Positions 33,821-43,526 of a stretch of DNA of 47,517 nucleotides are shown piece after piece. A program made the position numbers and the translations under genes. Under the pieces are notes generated by a model. The model searched no databases. It was given only the letters and a program-made list of their open reading frames with translations, and had not been told where the DNA came from. Numbering within the stretch: the first letter of the stretch is position 1; every line of letters starts with the position of its first letter. The stretch is from Sanchytrium tribonematis (Eukaryota): assembly GCA_018985235.1 (NCBI GenBank), contig JADGIG010000017.1, forward strand, positions 1-47,517, read 5' to 3'.

Positions 33821-35269
33821 TTATTGTTGACTTTTTAGCAACGAAGTGAGCGCATCAACATCTTCCATATCTGGGTCACTCGCCACTAAAATATCCTTTG
33901 ACTTTAATTCATTATGCTTAATTTGGTCAAAAATCTCATTCAGTCTCGCAGATTTCTTTTCGATGTTGCAATAAAGCTGCTCCATAATTCCTATCAATAA
34001 ACATAAATTATCAATTTTCTTGCCATCAAAATTTCTAATATCCAATGTTAGAAACGGCACTCGAACATGGTCATAATGCTTTGGATTTTCCAAAATTACA
34101 TTTTTGTCGTGGAATACTGCTGTTTTTGGATTCAACTTTTCGCCCAACTTTTTCGACGCTTGTTGCTTCTTTCTTTTAATTTGATCAAATGTTTCTTGTG
34201 TATTATTGACAATTGTAGCAATTACCAGATTTACAAGCACAAATACTCCCAAGATCTCAAAAAGCGTGAAAAACAAGTATGCTTCGGTACGTTGACCAAT
34301 ATCTTTGCATTTTTGAACCAGTTTTACCCATCCATCTTGTGTCGTAACTCTAAATAAAGAGAACATGGCTACATCAAAACTTGAAAAGTCATCAGTATTC
34401 AAAACATCGACAGCGACTATTGCAAATACGATCATGATGATCCCCAACAAAAGCAAAATGTTTGCAATTTCTGGAATACTTCGAATTATTGATTTCATTA
34501 TTAACAATAGCCTGTCAAAAGACTGAACACTTCTTAAGGATCGAAGAACCTTAAATACCCGGATCAATTTGATAGATTTCCCAGCGCTCAAAAAGTGCAA
34601 AGAGGAACCTAGAACTGGGGTGGTTGCAAGGAGAAAATCGAACCAATTCCATGGTGCCTTCCAATAAGCCTTAAATCCGTAAAACCATTTGAAAGCAACT
34701 TCAAATATGAAAATTCCCTGAATTATAGTATCAATCACATCTAGGAAACGACTATTCGCATAATTGGGATCAGTCTCAAGAGCCAAGGTAATCATATTTA
34801 CCACCACTACGAAAAACATGAACATTTTAAATGTCCCACTTTCTCCAAATTTAAGAGCAATGTTCTTTTTAATATACTGATGAAAGTCAGAGTCATCCAA
34901 ATCAACCGCGTCAGTGAAGGAGGTTTTGCGAGTGTCCAATTTCCTTTTGATTTGTTCATTTGTAATTTGAAAAATCTTGTTCCTGACATTTTCATATTTG
35001 CCAGTAAATGGTTTTGGCTCAAAATTAGTCCTAACACTCATAAAAGCAGGCATGATTTCTGAGGGCAAAGGTAAGCCAGTTTTTAGCTCTGGAACAACCT
35101 CTTTCACTTCTTCGCCAGTGGTGCTAAATCTTCTTGTAATTGGTGTGGTATCTGGTTCTGTGATCTCTCTAGTGCCTTCAAACCCAGAGAAATTTCCAAC
35201 CACCTTTGGGATTTGAAATTCATCCACAGTTAAATGGATTTCAGGGAAAATGCTTGAGTAATTCGACAT
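33821..35269 (-). CDS. Single-domain 6TM voltage-gated cation channel, CatSper-like (pore TQDGW)
   Basis: S1 VVVVNMITLALET, S2 IFIFEVAFKW, S3 WNWFDF, S4 KLIRVFKVLRSLRSV, pore LFRVTTQDGW, S6 LVNLVIATIVNN, C-terminal coiled coil. Confidence 0.82.
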   Translation of the reverse strand: MSNYSSIFPEIHLTVDEFQIPKVVGNFSGFEGTREITEPDTTPITRRFSTTGEEVKEVVPELKTGLPLPSEIMPAFMSVRTNFEPKPFTGKYENVRNKIFQITNEQIKRKLDTRKTSFTDAVDLDDSDFHQYIKKNIALKFGESGTFKMFMFFVVVVNMITLALETDPNYANSRFLDVIDTIIQGIFIFEVAFKWFYGFKAYWKAPWNWFDFLLATTPVLGSSLHFLSAGKSIKLIRVFKVLRSLRSVQSFDRLLLIMKSIIRSIPEIANILLLLGIIMIVFAIVAVDVLNTDDFSSFDVAMFSLFRVTTQDGWVKLVQKCKDIGQRTEAYLFFTLFEILGVFVLVNLVIATIVNNTQETFDQIKRKKQQASKKLGEKLNPKTAVFHDKNVILENPKHYDHVRVPFLTLDIRNFDGKKIDNLCLLIGIMEQLYCNIEKKSARLNEIFDQIKHNELKSKDILVASDPDMEDVDALTSLLKSQQ

Positions 35270-35328
35270 TTTGAAACTCTACTTTATGTTAAATTATAAA
35301 CCAAGATTTGTGGATTTAAATTTATTTC

Positions 35329-36075
35329 TCAAAAAATATTCTTGCTTTGATTATATTCAGATGGAAAGTATATTTTCAACATATTTTTGACAAATTTAAT
35401 TAGTCGCGGACATTTTTCTTTGACATATGTGATAGCTGGATCGTTGACTGGGACTGAAATTAGAGCGTAAATGAAAGAGAAAGCAGTGATATCTAAATTG
35501 GTGGGAGTTGAACTTGAGAAGAAATATTCTGAAGAAGACTCATTAATTAATGATTCTAAAGCCTCAACATCTTGTTTGATTAAAATAAATTGTTCCGATA
35601 TAGTCAATCTTCCAACTCCTGCTGCGTAGGCGTTATTCAATGTGGTTCTCCTGATATACCACAAAATGGGGGTCAAAAGCCACGAAAACGAATAAAAATA
35701 GGTTTTCTTGACCCATAACCAATTTTTGTCCCATCTATTATGCACTATGTGCCAATAAGTATGCTCTTCCAGCATTCTACGAAATGCTAGAGATATTGAC
35801 TTCTGCAAATTATTTAAACCACTGTCCAAATCCACGATGCCGTCCTTCTTAAATCTCTCCAATATGAGTCTCGAATCTCCCACCACTTTACCATCTAATT
35901 CTATGAAAGGCATCTTACCTTTTGGATTCTTCCTCATCATTAATGCATCTTCAACTATATTATGTTCTAAGTTTGCCACCTTTAAAAACGTTATCATTTT
36001 AATGCAAAATGGACTTGCATTAATATAGGGTTCGTTGTCTTTTAATTGAAAAACATATAAAGTGATTCTCGTCAT
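35329..36075 (-). CDS. Metaxin/FAX-like glutathione S-transferase-fold protein
   Basis: SPFCIK..TFL, PKGKMPFIE, GDSRLI, RMLEEHTYW, PTNLDITAF; likely start MTRITLY at 36075. Confidence 0.88.
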   Translation of the reverse strand: MTRITLYVFQLKDNEPYINASPFCIKMITFLKVANLEHNIVEDALMMRKNPKGKMPFIELDGKVVGDSRLILERFKKDGIVDLDSGLNNLQKSISLAFRRMLEEHTYWHIVHNRWDKNWLWVKKTYFYSFSWLLTPILWYIRRTTLNNAYAAGVGRLTISEQFILIKQDVEALESLINESSSEYFFSSSTPTNLDITAFSFIYALISVPVNDPAITYVKEKCPRLIKFVKNMLKIYFPSEYNQSKNIF

Positions 36076-36133
36076 GTTTGAAAAAAAGCGTAAAATAAGA
36101 CTTCGATTTGAAAAACACATTTTATTTCAAGCA

Positions 36134-36931
36134 TTATGGTACTATGCAATGAAAACTTTCTAAATTTTGAACTTCATTCAGTTGAAAGGAGTCAATCCTG
36201 GAGTTTTCTTGGTCGCGCAGCAACTTCTGGAAAAATTCCACAATCATGTAGATTCTAAATGCACAGATAACCGGTCTGGCACATAAATATATAACAGGTG
36301 ATAATATACAACTGACAATTAAAGTGGATTCTAGAATAACAACCATGACACAAAACAAAATTATAAATCTTGACAGTTTCTGAAGGGTATTTCTCTTGAA
36401 TTCCATTATAAATCTTAATTTTTTGATCAGTAGTGTATCTAATATTATCTCCATAATTATGATACCTACAGAGAGTGCCACAAAAAGCATCTCTGCGGCC
36501 TCTTCATAATTTTCCTGCCAAGTCATTTCTAAGCCGATTCCGACCGAGACCGGAACCTGAAGTAGTAGCACTAAAAACGGAAGATATTTTATATATTTGT
36601 CAAACCACATGTATGAACCAAGTGAAGTCATTCTTGTAATATAAACCCAAAATTCAAGCTGAATCATTAATAGCCATGTCAAGCTTATGACACCATCTAA
36701 ACTTATATTCTCGGGGGACTGGTCATTGTAAGCAAACGTCGTGTCAACAACAGTGTATAAAAATAGAGAACTTGAATGAATTAAGCATGCCAAAGTTCCT
36801 AATATTATCAGCTTTGATAACCTATTTTTTTTCTTCTTGAATACAAAATAAAACCGGGTCAAACATATTATCGACATAAGAGCAGTCGTTATTAGGCCAA
36901 TTAAGGTTTTCAAAATTAAATCTGGTAACAT
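36134..36931 (-). CDS. Orphan seven-transmembrane (GPCR-like) protein, paralog A (~265 aa)
   Basis: Seven hydrophobic segments; start placed at MLPDLIL by alignment with paralog B. Confidence 0.75.
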   Translation of the reverse strand: MLPDLILKTLIGLITTALMSIICLTRFYFVFKKKKNRLSKLIILGTLACLIHSSSLFLYTVVDTTFAYNDQSPENISLDGVISLTWLLMIQLEFWVYITRMTSLGSYMWFDKYIKYLPFLVLLLQVPVSVGIGLEMTWQENYEEAAEMLFVALSVGIIIMEIILDTLLIKKLRFIMEFKRNTLQKLSRFIILFCVMVVILESTLIVSCILSPVIYLCARPVICAFRIYMIVEFFQKLLRDQENSRIDSFQLNEVQNLESFHCIVP

Positions 36932-37034
36932 GTTAACAAAGCGGAGAAGTTTCAAATATCGGTCACCCAAATAAAATTTAACTTGGCAGTCCAAATATTT
37001 ATTATATGCCCATTTGAGGCAGCGATCAGATATT

Positions 37035-37820
37035 TTAATCTTCATCCTGGAAGCTGTCTCGGATAAAGGAGCCTTCATTATACTCATTATTCAATAATAT
37101 AGAATAAAATTGAATGATGACCAAAATTTTAGAATTGCAAATGACAGGCCTAATGCAGAGGTATATACCAGGAAATAGAATACACGAAATAACAAGCCCT
37201 AGTTCAAGAGATATTGAGAATCCGCACATCCAGGATACAATTTTGCACAGCTTGTTCTTTTTACTTCTTTTAGCTTCTAGAATGAAACAGACCTTTTGAA
37301 ATAAGAAAACATCCAACAAAATCTCAAATCCAATTAATGAAATCGATGCCAAAATGTACAGCACTCTGACATATATAGAGCAGATATCTTTCCAAAATAT
37401 TTCCATTCCAATTCCAACAGCAACAGGAATTTGGATCATCAAAAATATCCATGGAATATATTTTACATATTTATCAAAACTCATATAATTACCTAGAGAG
37501 GAGAGCCTGGTGATGTAAGTCCAGACTTCCAGTTGAAGCATCCCCAACCAACTTAAACTTATCATGACATCTAAAATTATATCCAAAGGTGTTTCTTCGT
37601 CTTTTTCAATTTCATTTTCAATATCCTGTAAGTTATACGAGAATATCAAACTTGAGTGGAGTATGGTTAAAATTAATGCAGACACCATTATATAGACCAA
37701 GGAATTCTTCCTTTTCCTAAATGTTTTACCCAATTGAATCAAATCTATTCCCAGTACTGCTGTTAACCCTAGTGCGACCGAAGATATTGAAAATCTATCA
37801 AAGCCATTTGACATGCTCAT
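37035..37820 (-). CDS. Orphan seven-transmembrane (GPCR-like) protein, paralog B (261 aa)
   Basis: Shares HSS, ISLxWLxMxQLExWxYITRxxSLGxYMxFDKY, QxPVxVGIGxE, EIxLD, IYLCxRPVIC, IxDSFQ-like tail with paralog A. Confidence 0.78.
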   Translation of the reverse strand: MSMSNGFDRFSISSVALGLTAVLGIDLIQLGKTFRKRKNSLVYIMVSALILTILHSSLIFSYNLQDIENEIEKDEETPLDIILDVMISLSWLGMLQLEVWTYITRLSSLGNYMSFDKYVKYIPWIFLMIQIPVAVGIGMEIFWKDICSIYVRVLYILASISLIGFEILLDVFLFQKVCFILEAKRSKKNKLCKIVSWMCGFSISLELGLVISCILFPGIYLCIRPVICNSKILVIIQFYSILLNNEYNEGSFIRDSFQDED

Positions 37821-37934
37821 CTAATTTGTAGGGGTAAATTGTATAATTCCCACACATCTAAAATCTAACAACCTAATACTAAGGGTTAAATGAAATATTT
37901 TGAATTTGAAGACCTTTAACATTTATTTCACCAT

Positions 37935-38339
37935 TCATTTGGTCAGCTTTTCCCATTTACCAGTATCACAAAAATGCTCGTATTCTACGACTTTTAAACT
38001 CTCGTCAAAAGTCCATAAATGTAATTGTCGTTCTGCGATTGAATTTCCGTTTGGCTTATACACCATTTCCAAGTCAATCAATGCGGAAACTTGATTGTTC
38101 CCACCCATCAAATTTACCACATCAAACTTCTTAAAGTCATAATTTTCACCCATATGTGTAAAGAATCCAGCAGCTTGTTGCTTTCCCTGACGAGGTTTAA
38201 AGATCTCGATTTTACGGTGTGTGCTGTCGTTGGGTGTGACGTCGAACTGAATGTTTTCATGAAACTGCCCGACAACGCCTTCAATGTCTTGTTTACCAAA
38301 CATTTCATAAATTTCCGCAACTTTTTCAATTGGAGTCAT
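37935..38339 (-). CDS. SnoaL/NTF2-like (ketosteroid isomerase-like) protein
   Basis: V.EIYEMFGKQDIEGV...F.ENI.F, G...AAGFF, HLWTFD...KVV.YEHF.DT; start MTPIEK. Confidence 0.85.
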   Translation of the reverse strand: MTPIEKVAEIYEMFGKQDIEGVVGQFHENIQFDVTPNDSTHRKIEIFKPRQGKQQAAGFFTHMGENYDFKKFDVVNLMGGNNQVSALIDLEMVYKPNGNSIAERQLHLWTFDESLKVVEYEHFCDTGKWEKLTK

Positions 38340-38498
38340 TTTAAAAAACAAGGAGATCCTTCAAATGAAGGTTGGTCCGTTTAAAGGGACACGTGATAAG
38401 GACTGATCCTCTTGACTATTTGTTTCAACTTAAAATTTCATGAATCAAGTTGTCCAAGAATTTCCAAGTGCAATGACATTTTGTATGTCATCATAAAT

Positions 38499-39665
38499 TT
38501 ATTTAAACGAATAAGTTGAGCTTTGTAAATCAGGATTTAGCACTTTAAATTGTGTAGGTGGCGTATATTGAGCAGGTGTATGAGGCTCTTCTGATTCATC
38601 CATATCATCATAGAATACATTCTTATCTCTTCGTTTCCTGATCCAAATACAGAGAATCATACTTACAAATACAAAAAGACTTGCTAATGTAATACCTAAA
38701 ATAGCACCAATACTTAGCCCGGCATTGACAGGGGCATTTCTGCCGAAATTGGGAGGATTCACAAACAAATTTGAGCCAATAGGCTGATAATCTTGCACCA
38801 ACGATGTCAGGTTCCTATCAGGCGAATATAAATATAATGTGTATTGGTCTGCATTGCCATCATTGCCAAATATAAAGAAAATGTGTCTACGAATGCACTG
38901 CATTTGTAAATATTGCCTTTTCGGTAAATTCAAATCTATTTTTGTCCAATTGTTTGCAATAGTATTAAATGCCCATAAGTCACTTAATGTTGTATTTCCA
39001 CTTTTACCACCATAAACGTAAATGTACTCACCCATGGCGCAACTGCCATGACCTTGCCTATTGTCTGGGCCTTGATTTGTTGTAATTTCTTGAATTTGCA
39101 ATGTATTCATATCTATTTTATATACCTTTTTAATATCATGTAGTCCATCACTGCCATACCCGCCAATAATGAACGAATTGGTCAGTATTGTATTCCAAGT
39201 ATAGTCAAAGAGCGCAGGCAATCCACTCTGAATTTGTTTCCACTGCATGTCTCTAGGCGTTAATAAATAAAGATTGTTCAAGGCATTTCCGTTCAATTCT
39301 CCACCATAAACATACAATGCGTCTTGATATAACTGACAATTGAAGCTATCAGAATCGTATCCATTGCCATTTTGAATATTACCAGATTGAATAAAATATG
39401 ACTGATGATTGATACATAATACCTCATCAGTATTGCTAGGAACGCAGCAACTAAATACAGATGGGATATTTAATTGACGATAAAAAACATATGGAATATT
39501 ATTCAGCGAAAATGGATTGTTGATGTTTAATTTAATAATATTGGGCTGTGTACCGCCTATAATATATAATTGATCGCCTAATATCAATGATTGGAAATTT
39601 GATCTACCATTAATTTCCATTTTTGAAAAAGAGGAGGATGCGTTTGAAACCAATACCAATCGCAT
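38499..39665 (-). CDS. Kelch-repeat single-pass membrane protein (start uncertain: 39680, 39665 or 39620)
   Basis: Repeated LYIIGG/LYVYGG/FIIGG/IYVYGG...W units; TM GAILGITLASLFVFVSMILCIWI followed by RKRR. Confidence 0.85.
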   Translation of the reverse strand: MRLVLVSNASSSFSKMEINGRSNFQSLILGDQLYIIGGTQPNIIKLNINNPFSLNNIPYVFYRQLNIPSVFSCCVPSNTDEVLCINHQSYFIQSGNIQNGNGYDSDSFNCQLYQDALYVYGGELNGNALNNLYLLTPRDMQWKQIQSGLPALFDYTWNTILTNSFIIGGYGSDGLHDIKKVYKIDMNTLQIQEITTNQGPDNRQGHGSCAMGEYIYVYGGKSGNTTLSDLWAFNTIANNWTKIDLNLPKRQYLQMQCIRRHIFFIFGNDGNADQYTLYLYSPDRNLTSLVQDYQPIGSNLFVNPPNFGRNAPVNAGLSIGAILGITLASLFVFVSMILCIWIRKRRDKNVFYDDMDESEEPHTPAQYTPPTQFKVLNPDLQSSTYSFK

Positions 39666-39906
39666 TTTGATTGGAAACATCAAGCTTGAACTTCTCAACT
39701 TGAAAATTGATGCTAATGTGTAATTATTTAGAAATTTATCTAAAATGGATATTAAATCAATAAAATTTTTAAACTTTCATTTCAATTTCACGTGTTTCGT
39801 TTCAAATTATTATGGTTGTCTTCTAACTTGAGTAAGTACAAACCTAATAAAGTTTTGCTAAGAATGTCTCCAGCTGTTTACCGTAAACTTGAAACATTTT
39901 TGAAGC

Positions 39907-40827
39907 ATGTGTAGGAAGAAATTTAAGCCAGACAATACATACAGTATAGACTTTTCGAAAATAATAGGATCAAAGTGCGATATGCCGTTTTGTGGAGATT
40001 TATTAGATGTTATTGACTATATAAATCAGGAGCAAAGTGTCCGATTAAAGATGTCCACAAAAGACCACCAACTCGGATGCTTTTTCGGGGCTCCAGGTAC
40101 GGGAAAAAGTAGGCTTGTCTATGAAGTTGCCAATTATTGCTTGGAAGTGGGTTATGGAGTCGGAGTTTTTACATTTGATCGAGGAAATTCTTTACTGCAA
40201 AAGGAGATTGAAGATGTAGAAAAATCTCTAGCATTGAGGCTCATGCATAGCATGGAATTCTCGGATAAAGATTGGAAGGACTTTTTTGCTGAAAATTGTG
40301 ATAGAGATATTTCTCTTAAAAAGTCTATCAATAATATTTGTGAAAATCAACTAGGAACCACACAGAATCGTGATTTAACGTTTGTTTTAGGTATAGACAA
40401 GATTGATTCTATATTCGATAAGGATTTTGGTAAAAAGTATTTGCTTGAGGTTATTAAAAATGAACTTACACCATTAATATGTAGACCATTTAATAATATA
40501 CAATTAATTTGTATTTTTTCGGGCACAATGGGGAATGAAATAAGCCAAATAACCAGAAACTCGTCCTTCTTTCTAGCTGAATTTACACCAAGACTGTTGG
40601 ATGATCAGGATAAAAAGAAAATTTGGGAGAAAATGATTGAAAAAAATCCTGAAATTCTAGGGACATTGGAATCAAACCCCCAGCTCCAAACTCTATTTAG
40701 TGAGATTGGTGGAAATGCAAGATCGTTTGAAAATTTCATTAGTGAGTGTTTAACACATTCAAGACTTCCGATTGAGGACTGGCCATCCGATGAAATAAGA
40801 AAAAAATTACTACGAATTATTAAATAA
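39907..40827 (+). pseudogene. P-loop NTPase, probably a truncated/decaying Crinkler-associated-type gene
   Basis: Walker A GAPGTGKS, ALRLM, Walker B LGIDK (expected Glu replaced), GGNAR; flanks carry broken coding-like frames to ~41250. Confidence 0.5.
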
Positions 40828-41509
40828 AATTCTCTTCAAACAGTAAGAATTTGCGTGAATTATTGATAAAGCCGTATAAAGCCATACATACTGCAGACAC
40901 CAATTGGAAGAAACCAAATGCCATTTGCTGGGATAAATCAAAATCATTCATATTACGGAAAATTAGAAGATATTGTTTTTTGCAAGAATTTGTACGGAAA
41001 ATTCAGTATTTAATATTCCAATCATTTGGCCAACACAAATAATTTACAAATTTAAAACTAATTTGATGAAAATGCGGCCATAAAAGAATATGAGAAATGC
41101 AAATCTAAAAATCTTGATGTGGACAGTACAAAGTTTTCATTGATTATATAGTTATCACAACCCGATACATTATTCTGAAAAATCAGCTCAATATTGTTGT
41201 TATAAACAACATTCAATTTTTAGGCCTTTATAGGAGTAATCACTTTTATTAATATATTTGATTTATATTAAAAGCATTGATAAGACGGACTTGATGCAAT
41301 TTAGCGGAATCGGCCATATTGTAAGCCAGACTATTGTGGACAATCGTGGTTCAATCAAAAATGAAAATGATTTGTTGAAATATTGCTCCAAATATTTAAG
41401 GCGATTGTTACGTCAAATATAACTGATGAATAAATCGATGATGGTCAATCATATCAATCTAAAAGCATAGTTTCCAGCAAGCATTGCAGAATAAACGACT
41501 AGGTCATAT

Positions 41510-43288
41510 ATGTTCTACTTTTTGATAAATGCATTACTCACCCAAATGCACCATAATTTGAAAGAAGATACTTTATCTGTAAAATTGAATGCATATGGAG
41601 TGACTCATGATATGCAGCTTGTTAAAAATTCATTTTTATCAGAAAAATTTACAGCCTTGAAAATCTCAAATGAAACAATCACTGAGGAAATTCCAAATGA
41701 TTGTTATTACATAAATGAAAATGCTGCATTTCGATATTGTGATGGAATTCATGGGATTTTTTATTCAGAGAAATTGAATCAAACCATTCAAGTGGACGAG
41801 CACCCAAATGGGTTTATTATAAGCAATACATCATTGCCAAGTCATAATTGGTGCGCAACTGATGGAGATTATATATTCAATTCAACAGAAGGATTTAAAT
41901 TGCACAAGAGGGAAGTGGTGGATGCCACTATTGAGTTGTTGGTGATTGGAGACCATTTTTTGGTTGAGAAATATGGTAATAAAACAATCCAGCATATTTT
42001 GGATGTTGTAAATGTTGCCTCGAGCATTTATAATGCAAATACATTTGTAGCACCTTTAAATGTTACCTTGAATGCTATAATGACATTTGATGAACCAAGT
42101 GTCAGTAGCTATGTAGAAGGCGATATTTTAAATGCACTAACTGGCTTCATAGAAGATTTACTGGACAATACATATTTTAATGGTACAAAATTTGACTTCA
42201 TTAGAAATGTGGATCATGTTAATTTTTTAACAACTAATAAAATGCCCGGGGACCCAGCCAGTTCTGATTTGACAGTGGGAATCGCCAAACTGGCAGGAAT
42301 GTGCTACCAAAATAGTGTCAGTGCAGTGTCTGAATACTTTATCAGCAGCGCATCCTCGGTTGTTGGATTTGCAGTTGCTCATGAGATTGGTCATTCTTTA
42401 GGTGCTGTGCACGACAGCGGCGTTCCATCGCAATGTCCCGTCACTGGATATGTTATGGCGCCCTATCTGGTAAATCCACCACCCTTTTCATTCAGTCCAT
42501 GCTCCATTCAGAGCATTAATTCTATGCTCTTTGAACAAGCCATTGGGTTGATTTCTCCTTGCTTATTTGATACCTCAAAACCTGTCAATATTTCCAAATT
42601 ATGCGGAAACGGAATTGTAGATTACGGGAGTGGAGAGGAATGCGATGCCACAGAAGAGTCAAAATGTTGTACTTCCGACTGTAAATTGAAAAAGAATGCA
42701 ATTTGCGAGGACACAAATGGGCAATGTTGTCATGATTGCCAATTAGCCAGTTCATCTTCTGTTTGTAGAAGACCGACCCAAAATGTATTTTCTGCTGCAT
42801 GTGATGCTTCGCCAATTACTTATTGTGACGGTAAATCTGTTTACTGCCCTTTTAATGATTTCTTGTCCGATAAAGCGTACTGCAAATATAAAATGAATAC
42901 AATTTTGAATGAAGGGTTGTGTTATTCTGGTCAATGCTACAATCGAGAAAATATTTGCTTGTTTTCTGGCTTTAGATATGGAAATTGCGACGCAGAAAAC
43001 AATTGTAAGGTCACCTGTGATGCTGCTGGATCTTGTACACAAACAGGTGACGTTATTCCTGACGGTGCAAGATGCGGCTATTATTTGGATGGGTTTTGTA
43101 AAAGTGGCAACTGTTTCAATAATACTAAATATACGCAAAAGGAAATTGCTAGTTCTAGCACAACATTGAGAAATGTTAAAAACATTACCTATCTAAGCAA
43201 TACACAAACTGTCGTTTCAAGTTATTTGAATACAGAAACTCATAGCTCAGATGCAAATGTTCCGAGATATATTTTGGTGCGATTTTAA
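41510..43288 (+). CDS. ADAM-type (reprolysin) zinc metalloprotease with disintegrin and Cys-rich domains
   Basis: Signal-like N-terminus, KR maturation site (LHKRE), HEIGHSLGAVHD, Met-turn YVMAP, FSPCS, CGNG..D.GEECD, Cys-rich tail. Confidence 0.93.
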   Translation: MFYFLINALLTQMHHNLKEDTLSVKLNAYGVTHDMQLVKNSFLSEKFTALKISNETITEEIPNDCYYINENAAFRYCDGIHGIFYSEKLNQTIQVDEHPNGFIISNTSLPSHNWCATDGDYIFNSTEGFKLHKREVVDATIELLVIGDHFLVEKYGNKTIQHILDVVNVASSIYNANTFVAPLNVTLNAIMTFDEPSVSSYVEGDILNALTGFIEDLLDNTYFNGTKFDFIRNVDHVNFLTTNKMPGDPASSDLTVGIAKLAGMCYQNSVSAVSEYFISSASSVVGFAVAHEIGHSLGAVHDSGVPSQCPVTGYVMAPYLVNPPPFSFSPCSIQSINSMLFEQAIGLISPCLFDTSKPVNISKLCGNGIVDYGSGEECDATEESKCCTSDCKLKKNAICEDTNGQCCHDCQLASSSSVCRRPTQNVFSAACDASPITYCDGKSVYCPFNDFLSDKAYCKYKMNTILNEGLCYSGQCYNRENICLFSGFRYGNCDAENNCKVTCDAAGSCTQTGDVIPDGARCGYYLDGFCKSGNCFNNTKYTQKEIASSSTTLRNVKNITYLSNTQTVVSSYLNTETHSSDANVPRYILVRF

Positions 43289-43526
43289 TTTTTTTTGGAG
43301 AATACAAGACGAATGACATTTCAGTGATAATTTGCAGTATTTTATTGTTGTCGGTCCTAAAATTGCAATAAATTTTAATTTACATCTTGTTCCGAGATAT
43401 ATTGTTGAGTTAGCAATGAGTCACTAATGTTAATCATCTTCCGGTTCTTGAGTTGCTGAAAAACATTTAACATGGAATGTTGTTTAAAAATACAACTTAA
43501 AAGAATTTAGTATAGCATTATACACT

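Noticed and set aside
36932..37087. N-terminal extension making paralog A overlap paralog B
   Set aside because: Alignment with paralog B and a C-rich motif before ATG 36931 favour the downstream start.
37035..37820. 7TM proteins as rhodopsins (Lys in helix 7 of paralog B)
   Set aside because: No DxxxK or opsin-type context, and paralog A has Arg at that position.
39832..39852. 21-nt GTAAGT...AAG candidate intron upstream of the NTPase ORF
   Set aside because: Removing it does not connect an upstream ATG frame to the ORF.
43277..43300. 24-nt GT...AG candidate intron at the ADAM stop
   Set aside because: 5' end GTGCGA does not match the GTAATT of the supported introns and removal adds only eight residues with no anchor.
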